A DNA stretch of 64,000 bases from Kondoa subrosea (Eukaryota), in the NCBI GenBank assembly GCA_039545335.1, contig BCIN01000002.1, forward strand, positions 1,501,118-1,565,117, written 5' to 3'. Under the pieces are notes generated by a model. The model was not told where the DNA came from and did not search any database. It worked only from the letters and a program-made list of their open reading frames with translations. Shown piece after piece: positions 53,380-64,000 of the stretch; the stretch's first letter is position 1; each line of letters begins with the position of its first letter. A program made the position numbers and the translations under genes.

Positions 53380-55891
53380 CTAATCAACTTCTTCTACTGA
53401 AGGTTCGTCAGAGCCAGCTCCTGGTGCTCCTCCTGCTCCTGGGAATCCGCCTGCTCCTCCCATGTTTGGCATGCCTCCTGGTGCTCCGCCAGCAGCTGTA
53501 ACGAGAAAAACAAAGTTATCAGTGACCAGGACCTTGAAAAGCACTTCAAGATGGCGTACCACTATAGATCTTGGTCATGATAGGGTTTGCAATGCTGTAG
53601 AATTGACAGACAGGTCAGTCAAGACCTTTTAAAAGGAAAAAAATCAAACAAACCCTTCAAGTTCCTTCTGCTTCTCGGTGTATTCTTCTGTTGAAGCTTC
53701 CGCCGATGCATCGAGCCAAGAGATAGTCTCGTTGATAGCCTTCTCAAGGGTTTCCTTGTCTGAAGCATCGAGTTTATCTTTGAGATCGCCTTCTACTGAA
53801 TTTCGGAGGTTGTAAGAGTAAGATTCCAGACCGTTCTTGGCTTGGATTCGTGAGGCTGCAGCTTCGTCTTCGGCCTTGTACTTCTCAGCATCGTTGACCA
53901 TGCGCTCAATTTCTTCTTTCGACAGACGACCCTTGTCGTTGGTGATGACAATCTTGTTTGATTTACCAGTGGTCTTGTCGGAAGCAGAGACGTTCAGAAT
54001 ACCGTTACTGTAAGAAACCACCATCAGGACACTCATTGTTGAGTGAAATGACAGAAACTTACGCATCAATATCGAAAGTGACCTCAATCTGAGGAACACC
54101 ACGAGGAGCAGGTGGGATACCAGAAAGTTCGAATTTGCCGAGCAAGTTGTTGTCCTTTGTGCGAGCACGTTCACCTTCAAAGACTTGAATGAGCACACCA
54201 GGCTGGTTATCAGCGTAGGTGGAGAAAGTTTCGGATTTCTTGGTTGGGACAGTTGTATTTCTCTTGATAAGAGGAGTGAAGACACCACCAGCGGTTTCGA
54301 TACCGGTGGACAATGGTGCGACATCGAGAAGAAGAATTTCAGAAGTCTTTTCGGAAGTGTCGCCTGAAAGAATGGCGGCTTGAACAGCTGCACCGTAAGC
54401 GACGGCTTCATCAGGGTTGATTGACTTGTTTGGCTCCTTGCCTGTCATGCAGAGGAACCTTAAGCATAAATTATGCAAGGGAAATACTATCTGACTAACC
54501 GTTGAAGAAGTCTGAAACAAGCTTTTGAACACGGGGAATACGGGTAGAACCACCAACAAGGACGATTTCGTGAACGTTTGACTTGTCAATCTTTGAATCC
54601 CTCAAGACTTTCTCAACTGGTTCCATAGTGGATCGGAAAAGATCTTGGCAGAGTTCTTCGAAACGAGCTCTGGTAATGGAAGTGTAGAAGTCGACACCTT
54701 CGAAGAGAGAGTCGATTTCGATGGAAGTTTGAGCAGCGGAAGAAAGAGTTCGCTTAGCACGTTCGCAAGCAGTACGCAGACGACGGAGAGCACGAGCGTT
54801 GGAGGAAAGGTCTGTAAGGATAAAGATGCGATTAGCCACACCAAGACTGGTCAAGCATGATTACTCACCCTTCTTGTTCTTGCGCTTGAATTCAGCGACA
54901 AAGTGGTTGACAAGACGGTTATCGAAATCTTCACCACCCAAGTGGGTGTCACCAGCGGTGGCCTTGACTTCGAAGATACCTTCTTCAATGGTCAAGAGGG
55001 AAACATCGAATGTTCCTCCTCCCAAATCGAAGATGAGAACGTTCTTCTCGCCAGTAGTCTTCTTGTCCAAACCGTAAGCAATGGCAGCAGCGGTAGGTTC
55101 GTTGATGATACGAAGAACGTTGAGACCAGCAATCATGCCGGAATCTTTTGTTGCTTGACGCTGAGAATCGTTGAAGTAAGCTGGAACGGTGACGACGGCG
55201 TTGACAATTGAGGTGCCGAGGTAAGCTTCAGCAGTTTCTCTCATCTTGAGAAGAACCATTGAACTAGCGAGACCGTCAGCTAGGCAACATAATCGAGTGG
55301 TTAGATGACATACGAAATTTCTTCAGGAGTGAATTGCTTGGTCTCGCCTCTGTATTCGACTTCGATAACAGGCTTGCCAGCTTCTTTTGCGACGACCTTG
55401 AATGGCCAGTGCTTCCTGTAATCCGTCCGACCGAGTTAGAAGATGTCTTCTGATCGCGGCCAAGCGACTTACATGTCTGACTGTACTTCAGCATCAGCTA
55501 CTTTGCGGCCAATAAGACGCTTGGCATCGAAAACAGTGCTACAAGAATATCAGCAACCGCAGTGTAATGCACGAATTAGGACTCACTTGTGAGGGTTCAT
55601 AGCAGTTTGGTTCTTTGCGGCATCACCAATCAGACGTTCTGAATCGGTGAAAGCGACATAGGAAGGAGTGGTTCGATTGCCTTGATCGTTAGCGATGATT
55701 TCCACTCGGTCGTTTTGCCATACTCCCACGCAAGAGTAGGTTGTTCCAAGATCTGAAAGGATGCATGAGCGAAAGGAAGCTGCTAGTGAGATATGCTCGA
55801 CATACCAATTCCCTGGAAATCAGCGCAAAATGAGTACAAAAAAATCAATGCAGAGGGAATGACGAACTATCGCCTTTCCTGAAGCAGACAT
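53380..55891 (-). CDS. HSP70: Cytosolic Hsp70 chaperone (SSA type)
   Basis: [89 protein letters not shown]-terminal SVEEVD*. Confidence 0.98.
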
Positions 55892-56011
55892 TTTCTTTTG
55901 ATGTGGTGTAAGGTAGTAAGGGGTCTGGTACGAGTGCTTTTCCTTGAGAAAAGAGGTTCGGAAGAAGAGAGGTAGAGAGAAAAACTCGCTTGTCTTTCAA
56001 ATCTTTTTGCG

Positions 56012-56031
56012 CGAACTCTCTCGAAGGTTAG
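56012..56031. promoter_or_regulatory. Imperfect heat-shock element upstream of HSP70
   Basis: cGAActCTCtcGAAggTTAg: four in-register nGAAn/nTTCn-like units (two mismatched) ~120-140 nt upstream of the HSP70 ATG; further CGAAAGAC repeats at 56044-56061. Confidence 0.35.
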
Positions 56032-56138
56032 AGGCCAAAATCTCGAAAGACCCAGACGTCTCCCGAAAGACTCGGTCTCGGTGTAATAATGCAACAGCAA
56101 GCTGATGGTACATTTTTCTTCACTTTCTTCCGCAAAGT

Positions 56139-56786
56139 TTACATGAATAAGCCCAAACCGATGATCGCACCGACAACTGTAATAGTCCCCATTTCACCGA
56201 AAACAACAGTAGCACAATCAGATTGATCAGTAGATTGAGGTGGAGCTTCTTGGGTCGACGACGGCGGGACTTGATAAGATGAATCAGTGACTGTGATAAT
56301 TGAGGGAGTACGACTTGTCTCACATGGCGTGTTTGTAGCCGCAGGAGGTGGAAGAACGGGAGGTTGTTGCTGATTCGGTCCTTGACCTCCAGCTGCTGTT
56401 GCATAGAAGGATTTTGCAGTGCAATCCACTTGGTTTTGTCTTGACGCAAGTTCAGAGTTGGCTCCATTTTGACAATCCTGAGACCACGATCAGCCTTTTT
56501 TTTTGCTGGCAATAAGATTGATCACTCGCCCCTAAGCAGGAAATCGCATTTTGTGAACTTGCACAAAGGCAATCGAAATCATGTTGACCGCAAGCCGTTC
56601 GCCTGACAATGCCACAATCAGTTTCTTCAATGTGACGAATACTTTGACTCACCTCTGAGACATATAGCATGAGATCTGAGAGTCCGAGCATCCAGCAGTA
56701 AGATTATCGTCAACGATCTGACTCCAGTTTTGGGCGAAAACAGCCGAGATGAGAGTAATGAGAATTGGGAAGTAGGAAGTGCGCAT
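56139..56786 (-). CDS. Small secreted Cys-rich, P/S/T-stalked, probably GPI-anchored protein
   Basis: Signal MRTSYFPILITLISAVFAQ; Cys pattern GC..QISC|..CGQHDFDCLC..AISCLG|DC..VDC (GC-AG intron); hydrophobic C-terminus TITVVGAIIGLGLFM*. Confidence 0.75.
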
Positions 56787-57168
56787 TTTGTGTTTCTTCA
56801 ATTACTGTCTGTGAGAGGAAGAGGGAGTCGAATGCAGGAAAGCTTCTGAAGAAAGAGAGTGGGAGATTGGCCTTTCGCCTTTTTGTGCGCATATAGGCGA
56901 AGATGTGTATGTAATTGATACGCACCGCTTCAAACATCACAAAACACAGCATACAGACAAATAGAGTATAAAGCACAGCATGCTTAGCCGGTAAGATGTT
57001 TTTGCAAAGTCAAAGGCATAGCCACCAGAACAAGAAGAATCATCAAAAACAGATATGATATAAATCGCTGATCGATGGACTGCATTGGTATTTACAAGCG
57101 CAAGAGATCATACGGGTATACAAGAACACAAGAGAAATACACAAAAAGCATAGGAAGATGTCTTCTTG

Positions 57169-57760
57169 CTAAGCGAGCGCAACCATTCCAACAGCCAAAG
57201 CAATCAAAGCCGTTCCAGTCGAGAGAGCCAATCCAGTCGCCATGCTCTTCTTCCCACTAGCTTGAGGAGAAGAAGAGGATCCATCAGAATCAGAAGAAGA
57301 CGAAGGCTGTGCTGAATTTCCTCCTTCAATACCTCGAGTCTCTTCGCCTGCTGATTTATCTACAATGGGTGCAATAGAAGTAGAACTATCAGTGGTATCG
57401 GAGCTAGTGTTGGAGATATTGTTGATCGGATCGTTGTTGGCTGGTAGAGGGGGCAAAGGCATTACAACGGGTTGAGCATCGGCTCTTGGGTTAAGATCGT
57501 TTTTAAAGACCTCTACCATGGTAGTAGTAGTTCTGTAGCAGAAAAGCTTCGTCAGAATGATGATTCGAAAGCACAGAGGAGAATTCGTACGGTAGGGCTG
57601 TGGTCGGCCTGGATAGTTCATTAGCTGGGTTCATATACTTTGATGGAGAAGTAACTTACACTGTCTTTATTATGCCATTCTGATCGGCAGGAGCTGCAGA
57701 CGCTCCTAGACCGAACATAAAAGAAAGCATTACAATGCGAGCGAAGTTGAGTTGGATCAT
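57169..57760 (-). CDS. Small secreted S/T/D-rich, probably GPI-anchored protein
   Basis: Signal MIQLNFARIVMLSFMFGLGASAAP, GTAAGT donor at ~57659, S/D/T-rich exon, hydrophobic tail ATGLALSTGTALIALAVGMVALA*. Confidence 0.75.
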
Positions 57761-57982
57761 ATTGATTTAATTCCTTCAGTCCGGATGATTTGAGATCGAC
57801 GTAGTATGAAAAGAAGAAGAGAGAGAAATGACAGAGCGAGAAGATTGAGAACATCTGACTTTCCATGAAAGAACAAAGGGGTATCGAGTAAATCAAAAGT
57901 GTATGTGAAACAACGATACGAGGTATATACATGTCAATAAATAAGGCCCTCTATGGTATACGGCGATCCGAGCACCAGTTTC

Positions 57983-58563
57983 TCAAACCAGAAACATCCC
58001 GGCACCAAAAGCGATTAAGACCAAAGCGCCCGAAGAGAGAAGATGAGTAGCAGCACCACTGGTTTCTGATTCAGGAGAGACCGAAGCACTTGGACTCGGT
58101 TGAGCCGAACCGGCGTCGCTACTGCCGTCGTTTCCTGGATCTTCATTGGAAGGGTCGCCAGAGTCAGATAAGCTGCCCGAGTCAGACGAATCTCCAGAGT
58201 CCGAGTTGGAAGAATCGCCAGGATCGGAATTGGTAGAATTGCCGCTGTCGGAATTTGTGACAGCATCGCCGGTATTTCCTGGAAGAGTGACAGAACCAGA
58301 TCCGGATCTAAATAAAACGACATGTCAGAGCTACTTATAAAAATGCGGGCGTGAAGCAATCAGGCGAACGGAAGAGAAGCAAAGGCAGCAGGCGAACCAC
58401 TATACGAAAGCGAGAGTCAGTGATTTGGGTTGAGTTGATGACTCGACAAACCGGAACTCACTCGACAGCGACAGAGCTTGTATCTGAATCCACGGCTTTG
58501 CGCCAGAACTTTCATGCCAAAGAGAGCAGAAAGAAGAACTGCTCGAGAATGAATTTGAACCAT
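57983..58563 (-). pseudogene. S/D/G-repeat GPI-type surface protein paralogue with apparent +1 frameshift after the signal peptide
   Basis: Signal MVQIHSRAVLLSALFGMKVLAQ is out of frame with AVDSDTSSVAV|DGSPAAFASLP|SGSGSVTLPGNTG..(SDSG repeats)..SGALVLIAFGAGMFLV*; one extra base near 58497-58499. Confidence 0.6.
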
Positions 58564-60403
58564 AACGATATTCGGATGAGAAAGTATTGGTATGAGAAGA
58601 AGAAGAGAATTGCATGAGCTTCATCTTGACGATGACGAGCCGTGGCGTTTAACATCTGATTGTACAACGCACGGCAGAACACAAAGAAAGGGAGATATTT
58701 TCCTCTGCCGCGGCTATTCTTGAGATTGGCTATTCGTGGCATACGAAGATTCCGAGATGAAGATATACTAGTGCTGACTCATGCAGCAAAGGTGTTGAAG
58801 TATGCCAGAGCCGCAAAGACTTTCAGTCATCGCGATAGAGGTGAGACTGGACGGAAGAAAGGGATGAAATGACAGAAGGGGTGACCCAAGAACAGCTGAT
58901 ATACTATGCATGCAAAGCAAGAATGAAACCAATGCACATCTAGAAAGGCTTGTCCGACTATATGCATCGCGTTAGGCTTGCAGGTTATCATTAGCCAGAA
59001 ATGCTTACATCCGGTATAGGGTCTTTGTAGATATCTTTGAGCACTGGGATCTTGGCGAAGACATCCTATGGCAGCTCCAGTCAGGCGAGGTGATGTCGTA
59101 CCAAATCGAAAACTCACAGTTTTGAATTTCGGGCTGGTTTTTCTCTTTAGCTCGAAGGCCTGGATATGGCAGATGACTCCTTACATTCGACTGGCCATCA
59201 AAACTACTCCCACACCTGCGCCTAACCCCCATATTGCTAGTGTTCTGTTCACACAAAGAGGGCTCTTTTGGTCCTATTCTGATTATTGGATGAGTAAGTC
59301 AGCTTACGGCACCCATCTGCCAATGATGTGGGGCGTCTGAATAGTCGAAATATCAGCGCTTCCGTCTTTTCACGGCCAAGTGTCTTGTCGACAAACGTAC
59401 GATTCCCATGACATTGATCTTGCCTGGCCGTAGCACAGGATTTGGAATTGGCTTGCTAGGCTGCGATGAGATGGCCATATTGAAGAAAGCGGTTGCTCCA
59501 AGAAAACATGGATTTCGACAACTCATTTTCACAAAACATGTACTCGCCTTGATCCGCATTGCGACGTTGAGGCGCTTTCTTCAGGACCATATGAACTCAA
59601 GCAAACACAGATTGCTGCCTGTCGAAATGTGTACCAAAAGCCATCGACAACCACCTGTTACGGGCATTGTGCATCTTCTGAGGTCTAGCTCTCTTGCTCT
59701 GGCTGGCACCATGTTTCTATCTGTCTGACTGTCTCACTACTCATTTTTCTTCTGCTCTCTTTGTGCTCTTCGATGCTATTTGGTATTTGTTCCACTGCTG
59801 TATAACCATCTCAATCCGTCGCTGTTCGAGATGCTACCGGCAGTTTATCTATAGATAGTCTATATGTCCTCTGAGAATTGCATGAACCATCTCAAATCTG
59901 GGTCTTGCAAGTCTGTCATCACCAATTGTCAGGCCGGCAACTAGTAAGGAGACCGATGCTGTACGATCAAGCAGTATGTTCTGTACAGAAAATTCTGGCA
60001 GTCGGGCAGAGCCTTCTTGTCTCAATCCTCCAATGCTTCCAAGTCGTCAGTCAGACTAGGTCAGCATGGTTGAAGTGCTCTCTGCTGGCAAGACTGCTGT
60101 CAGATCTCAAAGGTCGACATCTTTCTCTTTGCCTTGGACTCAAGGGGCCCTACAGGCTACTCTTTTCAGCATCGGCTACTGCTTGTCCGGTTGCTAGCAA
60201 TGTCATTCAATCGCCGCTGAATCTGCACCGCGGCTAAAACCTCAGCAACACCTATCCCTATGCCAGCTGATCGTAGCAGATCTCACTACTATACTTGACG
60301 CGAAATCTCATTTTGTCGGATTTGCCATTCCCCCGCACTTTCACTTTCGAAATCGAAATTTCACGTGTCTTTTCTTGCTCTGCAACTACCGCCCTCTTAA
60401 ACA

Positions 60404-62324
60404 ATGGCAGCGCCTAACAAAGTCTATATCATTGGTGTTGGCAGTATGTCTGGAGCCGCGTTCGCCAGAATAGAGGTGATAGATTGAGTTTAGTGACCGC
60501 CTTCACCAAACCTAGAGGGAAAACAGACTACCCTGAGATTGGTTTGGAAGCGACTACTAAAGCTTTGTTGGACGCTGGAGTCAATTACGATGACATTGAA
60601 GAGGCTGTTGTTGGCTACTGCTGTCCGTTTCTTCCGTTTTATCCGTTGCAACATTATCTGATTGAAAGTGCAGACGGCGATACTACTTGCGGACAAAGAG
60701 TGTTGTATCAGCTTGGGATGACTGGCATTCCTATAACCAATGTCAACAACGCATGCAGCACAGGATCAACAGCTCTTTTCCACGCGTCCAAAGCGATTAA
60801 ATACGGAGCAGCTCAATGTACTCTTGCTTTGGGTTTCGAAGTCATGGCTCCTGGAAGTATAGAATCTCCCTTCAAAAACTCTACCCCGGCTCTAGATAAG
60901 ACATTTCAAATTACGAAAGACATAGGCGGTCATGGTGCTCCAGCTGGAATGATCTTTGGTAATGGTGGAGAAGAGTACGTTCGTAATAATGAAGCAACTT
61001 GGGAGCATATAGCTGCGAGTAAGCCAGACACTTACTGAACGGGCTGAAGCTGATCGTATCATCTGCAGTCGGTAAGGCCTATTACACTAACAACTTGAAT
61101 GCTCTTGACTGATGGCAATCTTCAGCTGCCAAGAATCACCATCATTCAGTCAATAACCCTTACAGTCAATTTAGAAACGATATGACAGTCGAGCAAGTCT
61201 TGAAAGATCAGCAAATCACTAATCACCTCACTCGTGGCATGTGCTGTCCTACTTCGAACGGCGGCGCGGCTTGCGTACTGGCTTCAGAGGCATTTGTGAA
61301 ACAGCACGGTCTACAGAATCAAGCGTAGGCAATTGATCTTGGTGTTGTTCAAAAGCAAACTGATTCTAGCTCAACAGAATCGAGATTCTCAGTCAAGCAG
61401 TAACGACAGATGACACTTATCTGTACGAGAAGAGAAGTGCCGTCGAGCTCACAGGCTCGAACATGAGCCGAAGAGCAGCTCAGAAAGCTTTCAAAGAAGC
61501 TTCCCTCACACCGGATGACATCAGCGTCATCGAATTACATGACTGCTTTGCACCCAATGAACTTCTGGTCTACGATGCTCTGGGCTTATGCAACCCTGGC
61601 GAAGCTTCCAAGATTGTCGATCGAAAAGATAATACCTAGTAGGTAGTTTCGATATTGCTTGGATCCTGGCTGAATGCTTATATGGTGGTGGTAAATGGGT
61701 AATTAATCCCTCCGGTGGACTGCTAAGCAAAGGACACCCATTAGGTCGGCGATGTGAATATCACTAATAAAGGCAGTGACTGAGTCTCTTCCCAATTCCA
61801 GGCGCTACTGGTCTAGGCATGCTGTTTTACCTCGGTACGTCCAGAATTCAGACCATAAATATTGTAATTGATTTGTGTCGCTTCAGTCTGCCAACTCCGC
61901 GGTATTGCTGGTCCACTCCAAGTCGAAAAAGCTAAACCGGACTCTGGAAAGCCCGCTTACTGCCTCGCACACAATCTAGGTCTAGGTAAGATGCATAACT
62001 AGCTGTCTTTGCAACCGCTGAGTTGTCCGGGCAGGCGGAAGCTGCTCAGTATCTATTCTGGGTCGTCCGGACTTCTACAAGCCAGGCGGACAAGATGGTC
62101 AGTCAAGGGTGGGATATCCATTTGGCTACCATTGCAAAGGCGTTAGTCAGGCTTGCGTCGATAAAGTTAAAAGTCGCAAGGCTTTCTCTCCTTTCGTAAG
62201 ACAATCTCTTGCTTGTCTGCCACGTTATGCTGATCCCGCGAGACAGGCCTTCAAACCGGAACCAATGCCAGCTCAGAAGATTAAGCGAGCACCTATCAAT
62301 AATTCAGCCATAGCGAAACTTTAG
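60404..62324 (+). CDS. SCPx/SCP2-type thiolase without SCP2 domain, peroxisomal (C-terminal AKL)
   Basis: [114 protein letters not shown]. Confidence 0.92.
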
Positions 62325-62446
62325 CTTTCCGGTTCGAAGTCTTTTATTGTACAAAGTGTACAAAATTGTGAAGTAGTAATGCATGATCTTTTTTACATTG
62401 CTATCGGGAACAGTCTTATCAACAGCAAAGCCTATACATAATTTCT

Positions 62447-64000
62447 TTACAACTTCGAGCTCCCCTTCTGCAACGCCGCTGTTTTGGCTTTGAATCGCTT
62501 GGCCTGTATGAATGTCAGATTGATACAGAACAACAGCCATGTCATTGAACTGACCAGTTCTATTGCAGAACAAACTTCAGATCATGGTCTCCAGACTTTA
62601 CTCGAGCGCTCACCTCGAATCGAAAGATCCAAAAGTACGTCCTCGCTACCTCCCGGAATGCGACTGGCAGGAACCGAGCGATACAATCCTGATGAGCCAT
62701 CAGCACACCACATCTTTATACTGGCTTGACTTACTCTCAACAACCGCGCCCTTTCCTTCTCCTTGAGTAAGGCCAGCGCCACCGAAGAGCAGAACAGCGC
62801 AACGAGCGCATTCATCGAAAACTATTCCAGTCTGAGCTTTCATCATAGCAGTCAAGCCTCCCAATTCTTCGCTAGCTGTTTTAGCATCGAGTTTGGACAA
62901 TTGATAGGCCAAAGATTCGATCCCTGTCAAGCAGTCAGAAGAGCTCATCTTCCGGCAGCTGACCATGCTTACAAGCAGACAATGACTCTAGTTGAGCACC
63001 TGCTTTCGCTAGACGATGTCGTACTACAGGCTGATCCATCAAAGGCTTTCCAAACGCTTCTCGAGCCATTGTGTACTCGAACGCGCTCGAGATTGCCGTG
63101 CGAGCAGATCGACATCCCTGTCTATGCATCAGACTCGAATGAAATAGTTGTGAAGAACTTACGCTGACACATATCTGCAATCGCTCGTGATTGAAGCTGA
63201 GGTATAGACTTGAGATCGGCTAGAGGAGCGTGTGCAGCGACTTACTTGACCATGACTTGCGAAGAAATCAGCTAAGCTATACACTTGGATTCGACAGTAC
63301 TCACTCATCTTCATGCCATGGCCTTCTTTTCCAATCAGGTTGGCGACCGGAACTTTAACTTCATCTCTTTATACGGGGATATTAGTCCAATAATATGAAA
63401 AGAGCAAAAGGACACACAGGTCAATATATGTCGTTCCACTCAGTTCTGCTCCCATAGATTTGATAGGACGCATAGAGACGCCAGGGGTATCGAGTAAAGG
63501 TACACTATGATGCTGTCATTAGATGATTGATGGAGGGGAGGTGACGACTTACATCAGTAGGGAGAGTCCTTGCGGACCAGGACCACCTGTTCGGACAGCC
63601 ATCGTTGAGTAATCGCTCCACTAGCATTCAAATCAGCTTTGTGTGACAAAGCAGCTGGAACCTCACTATGCCGTTGGTAATCCATTTCTTATTCCCAGAA
63701 ACGAGGTAGTACTTGCCACATTCAGACTTCTTAGCAGTGCAACTAATGTTGGCTACATCTGAGCCTGCGGACGGTTCGGTTATAGCTAAACAGGTTCGTT
63801 TCTTGCCTGTGAGAAGATCAGGAAGGAATTCTTTCTGCAGTGCCAGGCTTCCGTATTTGATAATGGGAGACTAGCGAGTAGCTTAGTATGGAAGAATCAG
63901 CGATTTGCATATACCCACGATCGCATAGGTCATGCCAGCACTCATCTACAACGCGATTAGACCAGCATAGTGTGAGCTAGAAGAGTAACCCACGGAAGCA
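62447..64000 (-). CDS. Acyl-CoA dehydrogenase, peroxisomal (C-terminal SKL); 5' part outside window
   Basis: TCLAITEPSAGSDVA, YLVSGNKKWITNG, VRTGGPG, GTTYID, NLIGKEGHGMK, FNHERL, REAFGKPLMDQPVVRHRLA, LLFGGAGLTQGEG, RIPGGSEDVLLDL; ends KGSSKL*. Confidence 0.93.

Noticed and set aside
54602..55211. Long antisense ORFs opposite HSP70 (similar ones opposite other genes)
   Set aside because: Known by-product of codon bias in HSP70 and other highly expressed or low-complexity genes.
56495..56504. Poly-T run appearing to frameshift the Cys-rich gene
   Set aside because: It lies inside a GC-AG intron (GCGAGT..CTGAT..CTCAG on the - strand); the frame is restored on splicing.
58650..60350. 1.7-kb gene-free stretch with short ORFs; CCTAACCCC at ~59221
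   Set aside because: No coherent CDS, TE termini, snRNA motif or full telomerase template visible; RNA-seq or Rfam needed.

Overview
Compact, intron-rich fungal chromosome segment. The short 45-65 nt GT-AG introns, CTRAY branch points and many micro-exons suggest a basidiomycete (inference). It holds about 27 spliced protein genes. Recognisable ones are RAD16, an ENA-type Na+ P-ATPase, MPE1, an AKR7 reductase, fibrillarin, a membrane GH5 glucanase, LSO2/CCDC124, BET4, a BNI4-like PP1 adaptor, DBF2, DOT5, RDS2, ATP18, MED6, cytosolic HSP70, three tandem GPI-type surface proteins, an SCPx-type thiolase and an acyl-CoA dehydrogenase. No rRNA, convincing tRNA, CRISPR or intact transposon was seen. 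The most unusual structure is at 50.0-54.0 kb, where an inverted, 5'-truncated copy of the HSP70 3' end faces the intact HSP70. By-eye alignment gives 25 synonymous and 2 non-synonymous changes, none after the copy's first in-frame ATG, plus an in-frame 177-nt deletion. The copy could encode a 114-aa lid+EEVD protein. The two repeats bracket a head-to-head MED6 / Med29-like pair whose ATGs are 41 bp apart. Other notable items are a PRRC2/Nocte-like protein, a domesticated integrase-H2C2 protein with a Q-rich tail, candidate GA-AG and GT-GG introns, and 3-7 nt micro-exons. Exon boundaries and family assignments were made by eye and from recalled motifs; no searches were run.
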